Under the pieces are notes generated by a model. The model had not been told where the DNA came from, did not search any database, and was given only the letters and a program-made list of their open reading frames with translations. A DNA stretch of 64,000 bases, from contig JAFLVM010000001.1 in the NCBI GenBank assembly GCA_022508305.1, forward strand, positions 962,341 through 1,026,340, given 5' to 3'. The position numbers were made by a program, and so were the translations under genes. Of this stretch, positions 26,791 to 36,062 are shown piece after piece; positions within the stretch are counted from its first letter, which is position 1, and each line of letters begins with the position of its first letter. This DNA comes from Clostridiales bacterium. GTDB taxonomy: Bacteria; Bacillota; Clostridia; Christensenellales; CAG-314.

Positions 26791-27768
26791 ATGTTTTCAC
26801 TTTTATGCACGTTTAACTACGAAATACTACTTTGGGTCTTGGGCGGAATAGTGCTGTTCGCGCTCGTTTCCTGGATTGTGATGTACGTTTTGATTGGCCG
26901 TTGGGTGTATCTCAGCAACATGCGCCGCAAAGGCAAGGACAGTTGGTGCAGAGGCAAGGCTTCCTGCGACGAACCCGAGCAAATAGCCATGTACAACGAG
27001 GGAATGGAGTGGCACGCTGCAAACGTTGACAAAAAGCATGACGTACACATAGTACGCGACGGTTGCAACCTGTACGGCGAGTACTACGATTTAGGCAACG
27101 ACAGATGCGTCATAGTAATGTCAGGCCGCACCGAAAGCTTGGAATACGGCTACTACTTTGCCGCTCCCTACGTCAAAGCGGGCTGCAACGTCTTAGTGAT
27201 TGACCCTCGCGCGCACGGACTTAGCGACGGCGAGTTCAATACGGGAGGCTTTGAAGAAAGCAAGGACGTACTTGTTTGGGCAAGGTTTTTGCACGACAAT
27301 TTCGGCGTAAAATCCATCGTTTTGCACTGCATATGTATTGGCGCTGCAGGCGGAATGTTTGCTCTCACCTCGGACGAATGCCCCGACTACATTGACGGCA
27401 TGGTTGCGGAGGGAATGTTTGCAAACTTTTCCGAATCTATGAAACAGCATCTCATCGAAAAGAAAAAGCCCGTTTTTCTTCTCAACGACATGATTGACGT
27501 GTGGATGAAACACTACGTCGGACACTCGGGCAAGTTCGGACCTATCGACGTCATTGACAAAATGAAAAAGCCCCTGCTTATGATACACAGCAAGGAAGAC
27601 GCCTATTCTACTCCCGAATACGCTCAAAAGCTGTTTGACAAAGCGGAGAGCGAACCAAAAAAGCTTGTATGGTTTGAACACGGCAGGCACTCAATGCTCA
27701 GGATTGCTGACACGGAAAAGTACGACAAAGCAATAGTGGACTTCATTACGGAAAATTTTTCCAAATAA
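26791..27768 (+). CDS. Membrane-anchored alpha/beta-fold hydrolase
   Basis: 325 aa. N-terminal TM helix. The nucleophile-elbow position reads HCICIGAAGG. C-terminal MIHSKEDAYS...HGRHS (Asp/His). Confidence 0.65.
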   Translation: MFSLLCTFNYEILLWVLGGIVLFALVSWIVMYVLIGRWVYLSNMRRKGKDSWCRGKASCDEPEQIAMYNEGMEWHAANVDKKHDVHIVRDGCNLYGEYYDLGNDRCVIVMSGRTESLEYGYYFAAPYVKAGCNVLVIDPRAHGLSDGEFNTGGFEESKDVLVWARFLHDNFGVKSIVLHCICIGAAGGMFALTSDECPDYIDGMVAEGMFANFSESMKQHLIEKKKPVFLLNDMIDVWMKHYVGHSGKFGPIDVIDKMKKPLLMIHSKEDAYSTPEYAQKLFDKAESEPKKLVWFEHGRHSMLRIADTEKYDKAIVDFITENFSK

Positions 27769-27889
27769 CAAAATATTCAAGCTTTCCTCTCGCATTCGTT
27801 TGCGGTGTTTAATTCATTTTCAACTTGTAAATACTATTCGTAGTCACTCGGAAAAGTAGTGCGGTTAAGTAAGTTAATTGGAGGCAAGT

Positions 27890-28072
27890 ATGAAAACAAG
27901 AGTAAATGAGGATTGTATCGGTTGCGGAATGTGCGTAGAGGTGTGCCCCGAAGTTTTCGAAATGGGCGCGGACGGATTTTCACACGTAATTGGCGACGCC
28001 GACGTCTGCGCGGACAAAGCCTACGAGGCTGCGGAAGTCTGCCCTGTAAATGCAATTGAAATAGAAGGTTAG
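27890..28072 (+). CDS. Small [4Fe-4S] ferredoxin
   Basis: CIGCGMCVEVCP ... VCPVNAI. ATG at 27890 preceded by a GGAGG RBS. Confidence 0.8.
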   Translation: MKTRVNEDCIGCGMCVEVCPEVFEMGADGFSHVIGDADVCADKAYEAAEVCPVNAIEIEG

Positions 28073-28158
28073 TTTCACCCGAATCGGCTTGGTAATGTTA
28101 CCAAGCCGTTATTATTAGTGAGTTAAAAATGAATTTTTTTTATTTTTAGAATAGCGTA

Positions 28159-28187
28159 TTGACAGGGTAATTTTACAATGCTACAAT
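28159..28187 (+). promoter_or_regulatory. Orphan strong promoter (TTGACA-17-TACAAT)
   Basis: Hexamers at 28159-28164 and 28182-28187. No ORF with an RBS follows. Confidence 0.55.
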
Positions 28188-28193
28188 TAGCGA

Positions 28194-28308
28194 GGTTAAG
28201 AATTTTAGGGGATTTTTGCGAAATAAAAGTTCCCTCACCTCCATAAATTGTCATTCGAAACCAATTCCTTCTCAAAGAAAAAACGACCACGTCGTTTTTT
28301 CTTTTTTT
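28194..28308 (+). ncRNA. Candidate ~110-nt small RNA (promoter plus terminator, no credible ORF)
   Basis: Runs from the predicted TSS near 28194 to the hairpin aaaaaacgac-cac-gtcgtttttt plus T-run (28277-28308). Contains an internal stem and a CCTCACCTCC tract. Confidence 0.4.
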
Positions 28309-28510
28309 AATGAATAAATGATATTTGAAAATAAATTATTTTTTGATTCGTAAGCATTTTCATTGTGGCGGTTTTCGTTTTTTTTCGTTTGTTGTCGTGC
28401 CTGTTTCGTTTGTATTATATCAACGAATAACTACGATATGCTTGTGTTATAGATATGCCGCAAATTCGCCCTAAAAATGCTTTTATGCCAGACAAAGTGT
28501 TATGATAGAC

Positions 28511-28558
28511 ATACTATATCTTGTGTGATAAATGAAAAATAACCACAATATATTGTGT
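28511..28558 (+). promoter_or_regulatory. Tandem NrdR boxes
   Basis: ATACTATATCTTGTGT (28511-28526) and CCACAATATATTGTGT (28543-28558) each match about 14/16 positions of acaCwAtATaTwGtgt. Centres are 32 bp apart, immediately upstream of the nrdD -35. Confidence 0.65.
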
Positions 28559-28566
28559 TTCAACCG

Positions 28567-28596
28567 TTGACAAGGGCGTATATTTTGTTATACAAT
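28567..28596 (+). promoter_or_regulatory. nrdD promoter (TTGACA-18-TACAAT)
   Basis: Hexamers at 28567-28572 and 28591-28596. Confidence 0.55.
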
Positions 28597-28632
28597 ATAA
28601 TTCCTCACAATCGAGGAAATAGGGAGGACGAT

Positions 28633-30996
28633 ATGTATCAGGTAAGAAAGAGAAACGGTCAAATTATCGAATTCAAACTTTCTAAAATCAGTCAGGCGAT
28701 AACGGGCGCTTTCAAAGAACTAAACAAGCCCTACACCGACGACGTAATCGACATGCTCGCGCTCAAGGTGACTGCCGATTTTATGGACAAAATAAACGAC
28801 GGAGTTGTATCCGTTGAGGACATTCAGGACAGCGCGGAAACGGTGCTTATTCAAGCAGGCTACGCCGACGTTGCCAAAGCGTACATTTTGTACCGTAAAA
28901 GACACGAAAGCGCAAGAAAAGCCATGGAAACCTTCCTTGACTACAAGTCCGTCGTGGACAACTACCTTAAGATTGCCGACTGGCGCGTTAAGGAAAACTC
29001 CACCGTTACCTATTCCGTTGGCGGACTTATTTTGTCCAACAGCGGTGCAATAACAGCTAACTATTGGCTTAGTGAAATTTACGACGAGGAAATCGCCGAA
29101 GCGCACCGTTCTGGCGCAATTCACCTTCACGACCTTAGCATGCTCACGGGTTACTGCGCGGGTTGGTCACTCAAGCAACTCATTCAAGAGGGCTTGGGCG
29201 GCGTTACGGGCAAAATTACGTCTGCTCCTGCCAAACACCTTGCAACGCTCTGCAACCAGATGGTCAACTTCCTCGGCATTATGCAAAACGAGTGGGCGGG
29301 CGCGCAGGCGTTCAGCTCCTTCGATACCTATCTTGCCCCCTTCGTCAAGGCGGACAACCTCAGTTACGAGGAAACCAAGAAATGCGTCGAGTCATTCATC
29401 TACGGCGTCAACATTCCCAGCCGTTGGGGCACGCAAGCGCCATTTAGCAACATCACGTTGGATTGGACTGTTCCCAACGACCTCGCCGAATTGAATTGCA
29501 TTGTGGGCGGCAAGGAAATGCCTTTCAAGTACAAGGATTGCAAGCGCGAAATGGACATGGTAAACAAGGCGTTTATCGAAACCATGATTGAAGGCGACTA
29601 CAACGGTCGCGGCTTCCAATATCCCATTCCGACGTACTCTATCACCAAAGATTTCGACTGGAGCGAAACGGAAAACAACAAGCTGCTGTTTGAAATGACG
29701 GCAAAATACGGCACTCCGTATTTCTCAAACTACATCAACAGCGACATGCAACCCAGCGACGTGCGCAGTATGTGCTGCCGTCTGCGTTTGGATCTCAGGG
29801 AATTGCGTAAGAAGTCCGGCGGCTTCTTCGGTAGCGGCGAAAGCACAGGCTCCGTCGGCGTCGTCACAATCAACATGCCGCGAATCGCATTCTTGAGCAA
29901 GGACGAAGAGGAATTTTTCACACGTTTGGACAAGATGATGGACATTTCCGCGCGCTCCTTGAAGATTAAGCGTACGACGATAACGCAACTTATGGAAGCG
30001 GGCTTGTACCCCTACACTAAGCGCTACCTCGGCACTTTCAACAATCACTTCTCCACAATCGGACTTGTGGGCATGAACGAAACTTGCTTGAACGCTAATT
30101 GGCTCCGTTGCAATTTGACGGACAGGCGCGCTCAGGAGTTCACCAAGAAGGTACTCAACCACATGCGCGAGAGACTTTCCGACTATCAGGAAAAGTACGG
30201 CGATTTGTACAACCTTGAGGCGACACCCGCCGAAAGCACCGCTTACCGTTTGGCAAAACACGACCAAAAGCTCTACCCCAATATGATTTTCGCAAGCAAG
30301 GAGGGCGAAACTCCCTACTACACCAACAGCTCGCATCTTCCCGTAAGCTTCACTGCGGACGTATTTGACGCTTTGGACATTCAGGACGAACTGCAAACTC
30401 TGTACACGTCGGGAACCGTTTTCCACACCTTCCTCGGCGAACGTCTGCCCAACTGGAAGGCGGCTATGAAGCTCGTTCGCTCCATTGCGGAAAATTACAG
30501 ACTTCCCTACTACACAATGTCTCCCACCTACTCGGTATGCCCCGACCACGGCTATCTTGCGGGCGAGCAGCAAGAGTGTCCTCACTGTCACAAGAAGACG
30601 GAAGTGTATTCCCGTATAACGGGCTACTACCGTCCCGTGCAAAACTGGAACGACGGCAAGACGCAGGAGTGGAAGGAACGCAAAACCTATCGCCCTGACG
30701 AAAGCGTTTTGAAAAAGTGCTGCCTGAACCACCAAGAAGAAGAGGTCAAGGAACAGCTTTGCATCATCAAGCCCATTTTGTTCGTTCAGGACAATTGCCC
30801 CAACTGCAAGATGGCGGAACTGATGCTTCACAAGGCTCACGTGGACGTGGAAGAGGTCAACGCAATGGAAAACGCCGAATTGAGCAAGAAATTTGCCGTA
30901 AAACTCACCCCCACGTTGGTGGTACAGGACGGCGACAGCTACAAGGTGTACGAAAATGCCAGCAATGTACGCAAGTACATTGATACGCACAAATAG
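28633..30996 (+). CDS. nrdD: Anaerobic (class III) ribonucleoside-triphosphate reductase with ATP-cone and C-terminal CxxC redoxin-like extension
   Basis: Starts at MYQVRKRNG (GGGAGG RBS). ATP-cone, Zn site CPDHG...CPHC, glycyl-radical motif SRITGYY (30613-30630). This is followed by ~120 extra aa with FVQDNCPNCK...TPTLVV (thioredoxin-fold-like). Confidence 0.9.
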   Translation: MYQVRKRNGQIIEFKLSKISQAITGAFKELNKPYTDDVIDMLALKVTADFMDKINDGVVSVEDIQDSAETVLIQAGYADVAKAYILYRKRHESARKAMETFLDYKSVVDNYLKIADWRVKENSTVTYSVGGLILSNSGAITANYWLSEIYDEEIAEAHRSGAIHLHDLSMLTGYCAGWSLKQLIQEGLGGVTGKITSAPAKHLATLCNQMVNFLGIMQNEWAGAQAFSSFDTYLAPFVKADNLSYEETKKCVESFIYGVNIPSRWGTQAPFSNITLDWTVPNDLAELNCIVGGKEMPFKYKDCKREMDMVNKAFIETMIEGDYNGRGFQYPIPTYSITKDFDWSETENNKLLFEMTAKYGTPYFSNYINSDMQPSDVRSMCCRLRLDLRELRKKSGGFFGSGESTGSVGVVTINMPRIAFLSKDEEEFFTRLDKMMDISARSLKIKRTTITQLMEAGLYPYTKRYLGTFNNHFSTIGLVGMNETCLNANWLRCNLTDRRAQEFTKKVLNHMRERLSDYQEKYGDLYNLEATPAESTAYRLAKHDQKLYPNMIFASKEGETPYYTNSSHLPVSFTADVFDALDIQDELQTLYTSGTVFHTFLGERLPNWKAAMKLVRSIAENYRLPYYTMSPTYSVCPDHGYLAGEQQECPHCHKKTEVYSRITGYYRPVQNWNDGKTQEWKERKTYRPDESVLKKCCLNHQEEEVKEQLCIIKPILFVQDNCPNCKMAELMLHKAHVDVEEVNAMENAELSKKFAVKLTPTLVVQDGDSYKVYENASNVRKYIDTHK

Positions 30997-31059
30997 GTGA
31001 AAGTACATTCATCGCGTGAGCCGCGACTGTGGTTTCAAAAAAAAATATATATAAAAGAT

Positions 31060-31986
31060 ATGTGTAAAAATATTTATGATATTGTAGTAATTGGTGGCGG
31101 GCCTGCAGGGCTCACCGCCTCGCTATTTGCGGCGCGCGCAGGTAAAAGCGTCATGCTACTTGAGGCAAACGCTTTTGGCGGACAGATTGCCACTTCCCCT
31201 CGCGTGGAAAACTATCCCTCAATCAGCGAAATCGCAGGCGCCGAGCTTGCTGACAAAATGTTTAGTCAAGCGGTGTCTCACGGTGTTGAGTTTGACATGG
31301 GGACGGGAAAAATAGAAAAGACTGACGTCGGCTTTAGAGTTACGACGAAATATTCTACTTATGAGTGTCTGTCGGTGGTAATTGCTACGGGCGTATCTCA
31401 CAAAAAGTTAGGACTCACAAGCGAAGAACGTTTGGCGGGTAACGGAGTGTGTTACTGCGCGGTGTGCGACGGCGCTTTCTACAAGGACAAGACAGTTTGC
31501 GTTGTCGGCGACGGCTTTACCGCGGCTCAGTACGCGCTGTATCTTTCGGAAATTTGTAGCCAAGTGCATTTGTTGACGCTGTTCGACAAACTGTTTTGCG
31601 ACAAGGAACTGACGGACAGGATTCTTGCAAATAGCACAATCGAATGGACGCCAAACGTCACTCTCACCGATATTTTGGGCGATGACAAGGTAGAAGGAGT
31701 GGTGCTACGTGACAGCGACGGTGCGGTGACCTATCTTGACCTTGACGCCGTGTTTGTTGCAATCGGTCAAGAACCGCACAACGGAGATTTTGCCAATCTT
31801 GTGAAACTGGACGAAAAGGGGTATATCGTTGCAGGTGAAGATTGCCGAACGAGCTGCCAAGGCGTGTTCGTTGCAGGTGACTGCCGAACGAAGAGCATTC
31901 GTCAATGCGCAACGGCTGTCGGCGACGGCGCAGTTGCAGGCATCGCCGCCACAAGTTATATTGACAGTGTAAAAATTCTAAAGTAA
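31060..31986 (+). CDS. trxB: Thioredoxin-disulfide reductase
   Basis: IVVIGGGPAGL, redox CAVCDG, second GDGFTAAQYA NADPH motif. I prefer ATG at 31060 over the GTG at 30997. Confidence 0.85.
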   Translation: MCKNIYDIVVIGGGPAGLTASLFAARAGKSVMLLEANAFGGQIATSPRVENYPSISEIAGAELADKMFSQAVSHGVEFDMGTGKIEKTDVGFRVTTKYSTYECLSVVIATGVSHKKLGLTSEERLAGNGVCYCAVCDGAFYKDKTVCVVGDGFTAAQYALYLSEICSQVHLLTLFDKLFCDKELTDRILANSTIEWTPNVTLTDILGDDKVEGVVLRDSDGAVTYLDLDAVFVAIGQEPHNGDFANLVKLDEKGYIVAGEDCRTSCQGVFVAGDCRTKSIRQCATAVGDGAVAGIAATSYIDSVKILK

Positions 31987-31987
31987 C

Positions 31988-32021
31988 AAAAAAGCCTCAT
32001 CTATTAGGTGAGGCTTTTTTG
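31988..32021. terminator. Bidirectional terminator
   Basis: aaaaaagcctca-tctattagg-tgaggctttttt. Confidence 0.75.
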
Positions 32022-32028
32022 TTGATTT

Positions 32029-33438
32029 TTATTTATTTGAAAAGTGTTGTGTAAGTACCTTGTACAGTATGCCAGTTTCGTATTTGCGCGATGTCGAATT
32101 GGTGGCTAACGTGCTCCAGGTGGCGTAAATCTCGTCGTAGGTTGCCGTGCGCAGGTCAAGTTTCAACTTCTCGCCTTGCAAGTTCATGCGGTTGACGTAA
32201 ATTCCCCAAGAATTGTCCCACCAACCGACGGAAGACATCTTGTAGTTCCATATCGTCCAGTTGTAGCCGCGTTTGTCGTACTCGTCAAGCCACTTAAGCC
32301 ACTCGCCTTCGTTGTCGAAAAAGTTGAATTCGCCAATTAGATAAGGCACGTCGTAGCCGTGAGAAACGTATGTCAAATCTTCCAGCCAATAGTAAAAGTC
32401 GTTGGATACCGTGCCGTTAGACCAGTTGTACAGGTGAATTTGGTACATTACGTTTTCCCAGCCGAAGCGTTCGGGCTTTGGAAAAGCGTAGTAGAACCAA
32501 CAGCACTCAATGGAAATGATGTGAGTGGTGTCTACCTCACGCACCGCTTGGTACAGCTTGTCCAGTACTTGCCACTGTCTGCGTGTAGTGTTGGGCGCGT
32601 TGCGGTCCACCGGTTCGTTGACAAGGTCGTATGCTGCAATCGTTTCGGATAGATCAGGACGCTCGTTTTTGTAGTGAAGCGCGATATTCTTCCACAATGC
32701 GCACGTTTCGGTAATATACGTTTCATTGTCCCAAAAGTCAATACGGCGAGTACCGCTGTGTTCGTAGCCGCTTTGACCGCCAACCACGCCGTGCATGTCC
32801 AGTATTGCGTACAAGTCGTACTTTTGACACATTTCAAGGAACCAATCCAACCGCTCAAAGGCGTCGGCGCGCATTGTAAGATTGTCGTCGTCACCTTCCA
32901 TAAAGTTGCGGTAGTACATGGGCAGGCGGATTGTGTTCATGCCAATGTTTTTGACGTTCATGAAGTCAACTTCGGTAATGTAGTTGTCGTAGTAGACGTC
33001 CCACAGCTCGTCAATTTGTTCCGCCGTCAAGTTGGGATTGTTGTACATTGCCTGAAGCACTTCATCTTGGTAAGTTTCGTCGTATTCTTCTACAATGCCT
33101 TGGTCGTTGATTTTTAGGTAATCGCCATTCTTTTTGTAACTGGGTCCAAGCGAATTGACAGACATCCAGCCTTCCTGTAGCAGCCAGTTACCGAAGTTTA
33201 CACCGTTTAGTGTCACTCGGTCACCGTTTTTGTCGTAAATGCCGCGCCCTACAGCTTGCAATGGTTGTACTTCACTAACGTTACTAAGCGTTACGTGGTC
33301 GGGAATTTCCGTAAAGTAGTTTTTGCGAAAGCTAGCTACGGCAATGCACATTGAACTGATAACGATGCCTATTGCAAACAACATTGCGACGACAATTATC
33401 AATGCGCGTTTCCATTTGGGAAGCGTTGTATTTGCCAT
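32029..33438 (-). CDS. Glycoside hydrolase family 5 enzyme, N-terminally membrane-anchored
   Basis: 469 aa. DLVNEP (acid/base Glu) and LIGEFN (nucleophile Glu). N-terminal TM helix. Confidence 0.8.
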   Translation of the reverse strand: MANTTLPKWKRALIIVVAMLFAIGIVISSMCIAVASFRKNYFTEIPDHVTLSNVSEVQPLQAVGRGIYDKNGDRVTLNGVNFGNWLLQEGWMSVNSLGPSYKKNGDYLKINDQGIVEEYDETYQDEVLQAMYNNPNLTAEQIDELWDVYYDNYITEVDFMNVKNIGMNTIRLPMYYRNFMEGDDDNLTMRADAFERLDWFLEMCQKYDLYAILDMHGVVGGQSGYEHSGTRRIDFWDNETYITETCALWKNIALHYKNERPDLSETIAAYDLVNEPVDRNAPNTTRRQWQVLDKLYQAVREVDTTHIISIECCWFYYAFPKPERFGWENVMYQIHLYNWSNGTVSNDFYYWLEDLTYVSHGYDVPYLIGEFNFFDNEGEWLKWLDEYDKRGYNWTIWNYKMSSVGWWDNSWGIYVNRMNLQGEKLKLDLRTATYDEIYATWSTLATNSTSRKYETGILYKVLTQHFSNK

Positions 33439-33563
33439 GTTTACACCTTCCTATTTGTTATTATTTAGATGCAGTTATTTTAACATATCAACGGCAATCT
33501 TTCAATAGGTAAAAAAAGCAGGTGCGTTAGCGCCTACTTTCATTTAGAGTATATTTTACAATG

Positions 33564-34577
33564 CTAATTTATTTTGACAATCTTGGATTTCAGCACCATG
33601 TCGTCGTTTTTGATTTTTTCCATTTCCTTGTCCAACTTGTCAAAGCTAATGGTGTCGCCGATAAAGTTGTCTACGTTTACGGTATCCGTAACCAACATAT
33701 TGATAGCAGAGGAGTAGCTTCCCGCGCCGTTGTACACACCGAATATATTTATATGTTTGCGGGTGATTTGCGAAATTGACAGCTTGCTGTCTTTGTTGGA
33801 GTTGCCAGCAAGGCAAATGTTGGCGTTAACCGACGATACGTTGTACACGTCCTTCATGTTGAAGTCAGTGTTACTGAACAGCACCAGCTCTTTGCACATT
33901 CTGCCACCGGTAATTGCCAGTATTTCCTTTTCTACGTCCACCTTTTCGGGGTTGAAGCTGTAGAATATTCCAAGCTCCCTCGCCGTTTCAAGCAAATCGT
34001 CGCATTTACTGATGTACACGGGAACCGCTTGGTAGTATGCCACCAATTGCGCCAGTATCAAACCCGTCTTGGTGCATGAGAATATTGCAATGTGTCTGCC
34101 CTTTTCGAGGTTAAGCGCGTCTACTATGTTGAGACAAAATGCAACTGATGGGGCGAACAGCGCCTTTTCGTTGGACAACTGGTCGGGCAAGCGGTGCAGC
34201 ACTGCGTAGGGCAAATCCACAAAGTTCTGCATCAAGCCGTCGCAGTTAAAGCCCAATTCCTTCATGTTGGAGCACTTTTCCAATTCGTCGTTCTTGCATT
34301 CGTCGCACTCTTCGCAGGGAATGTACGGTTCGATGACCACTCTGTCCATTTTGGCAAAGTAGGAGTTCTCGCTCGCCACCTTGGACACAACGCCTACTGC
34401 GTGACTTCCGAAGATTGACGGGGCTTTGCTCGTGTTTGCGCCGTTGTAGAACTCTAAGTCGGAGTTGGACAGCAGCACCTCTTCTATTTTTACCTTTACA
34501 AGATTTTCATTTATTTCGGTCGGTTCAGATTCTTGCAGGCGTAGCTTGCGCGGTGCGTCCAAAATCCAAGCTTTCAT
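33564..34577 (-). CDS. MDR (zinc alcohol dehydrogenase-like) family protein with degenerate catalytic and cofactor motifs
   Basis: Structural-Zn motif CEECDECKNDELEKC is present. GSHAVG replaces GHE, and no GxGxxG is seen. ATG at 34577 with a GGAGG 5 nt upstream. Confidence 0.65.
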   Translation of the reverse strand: MKAWILDAPRKLRLQESEPTEINENLVKVKIEEVLLSNSDLEFYNGANTSKAPSIFGSHAVGVVSKVASENSYFAKMDRVVIEPYIPCEECDECKNDELEKCSNMKELGFNCDGLMQNFVDLPYAVLHRLPDQLSNEKALFAPSVAFCLNIVDALNLEKGRHIAIFSCTKTGLILAQLVAYYQAVPVYISKCDDLLETARELGIFYSFNPEKVDVEKEILAITGGRMCKELVLFSNTDFNMKDVYNVSSVNANICLAGNSNKDSKLSISQITRKHINIFGVYNGAGSYSSAINMLVTDTVNVDNFIGDTISFDKLDKEMEKIKNDDMVLKSKIVKIN

Positions 34578-34779
34578 ACAGACCTCCAAAATATATTGTA
34601 CTTGTATTATACCACTTCTCTACAAAAAAATCTACTTTTTTTACATAAAGGTTTTTCTGCGCCTGTTTTGTTCCAAAAGTTTACATGGGGTGGTAAAATT
34701 CACGTTTTTGCTAAATCCCTGTTGACATTGCGAATACATTAGGTATACAATATTTGTACAAATTTTGGGAGAAAAACCT

Positions 34780-35430
34780 ATGAAACTTCAGTATTTGGGA
34801 CATGCAAGCTTCAGAATAATTAGCGACTTGGGTACAACCGTTGTGTGCGACCCATTCAAGGGCGATTGGGTAGGCTTTGACATGGCGCGCGTCAGATGCG
34901 ACGTTGTTACGATTTCCCATCATCACGGCGACCACGACTGTATGGACAGTATTGTGGGCAGTCCCGCCGAGTTGGACGTAGAAATTGCCTGCGCAGCCGA
35001 CGACGTTGCCATTGAGAGCATATCTACGTTTCACGACGGTGAAAAAGGTGCAAAACGTGGCAAAAATCTCGTATTTACCTTCCTCGTGGACGGAATCAAG
35101 GTCGTTCACATGGGCGACGTTGGCTGCTTGGACGAAAAAGTTGTGGCGAAGATTAAAAATTGCGACGTTCTGCTCTTACCTGTTGGCGGCACCTTTACGG
35201 TGGACGCGGAGGGCGCAAAGTGGTACGTAGATCAAGTTCAACCCAAGATTGTCGTTCCCATGCACTACAAAACCGCCGAGCATAATTTTGACGTTGACGG
35301 CGTGGACAAATTTCTTGCAATGTTCGACAATGCGCAGGTTACGCGTAGCCAATCGGATACCCTAATTCTTGATGACGCGCCGGACAACGAAACGGTCAAG
35401 ATTGTAACGCTGCAACGGTTTGTAGATTAA
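34780..35430 (+). CDS. MBL-fold metallo-hydrolase (UPF0173-like)
   Basis: MKLQYLGHASF..., TISHHHGDHD metal motif. ATG at 34780 with a GGGAG RBS. Confidence 0.8.
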   Translation: MKLQYLGHASFRIISDLGTTVVCDPFKGDWVGFDMARVRCDVVTISHHHGDHDCMDSIVGSPAELDVEIACAADDVAIESISTFHDGEKGAKRGKNLVFTFLVDGIKVVHMGDVGCLDEKVVAKIKNCDVLLLPVGGTFTVDAEGAKWYVDQVQPKIVVPMHYKTAEHNFDVDGVDKFLAMFDNAQVTRSQSDTLILDDAPDNETVKIVTLQRFVD

Positions 35431-35507
35431 TTTAATCTCGTAGATGTAGGCAAATAATACGAAAAATAATCTGTAAAACAAAAATTTATTTTTATTGACA
35501 TTCCAAT

Positions 35508-35540
35508 AAAAAAACTCCCATTGTGTGAGGGGAGTTTTTT
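35508..35540. terminator. Bidirectional terminator
   Basis: aaaaaactccc-attgtgtga-ggggagtttttt. Confidence 0.75.
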
Positions 35541-35585
35541 ATTTTATTAGATTGAGAGGTTGTTTTTTAATATGGGGTGGCGAAA

Positions 35586-36062
35586 TTATCTTCTTTCCAC
35601 CAGTAAAACTCTGTCTTTTGTAACTTTTCTTGTAACGCCCAAGTGTTTTTCCATTTCTTCCACAAGGAACATCAATTGCTTGTAGGGAATCTCGTAATAG
35701 TCGAAGCCAAAGTTCTTTTTGAGGTAGGGTTGACGGCGGAAGTAGAGGTTCAAGAGATTTTCAACGATTTCAAGATAGTTTGTAATGCGGTATTCCGACA
35801 GATTGCCGTACTTGCCAAATTCCAACACGGCGTCGGCATTATTCATAAACTCGAATAGCGACAGGCATGTTCCCTTGAATGGTAGGTAGTTGAACAGCAC
35901 TCTGTCCGCAAAGTCGAAAAAGCGGTAGTTGACAACCTTGTTTTCTTCCGGCTTGGTGCAGGAGAAAAATGGCTCGTAAGTCAACAAATCGTTGATTTTG
36001 CGAATTTCTCTTTCAAGATTGTAGTTGTTTTTCACTATTTCGTAGACACTTTCTCTACTCAT
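35586..36062 (-). CDS. Hypothetical protein
   Basis: 158-aa ORF with no recognisable motif. The coding call rests on length and its position between terminators. Confidence 0.45.
   Translation of the reverse strand: MSRESVYEIVKNNYNLEREIRKINDLLTYEPFFSCTKPEENKVVNYRFFDFADRVLFNYLPFKGTCLSLFEFMNNADAVLEFGKYGNLSEYRITNYLEIVENLLNLYFRRQPYLKKNFGFDYYEIPYKQLMFLVEEMEKHLGVTRKVTKDRVLLVERR

Noticed and set aside
28555-28632. N-terminal extension of nrdD from the ORF-track start
   Set aside because: The extension covers NrdR box 2 and the promoter. A GGGAGG RBS precedes the ATG at 28633, where the ATP-cone begins.
29725-31008. 427-aa minus-strand ORF antisense to nrdD
   Set aside because: It lies entirely within the strongly supported nrdD/trxB coding region, has no motifs, and its composition is typical of a shadow ORF. 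The same reasoning applies to the other long antisense ORFs: 3734-4279, 9636-10226, 41717-42505, 57987-58631, 59803-60534 and 60586-61215.
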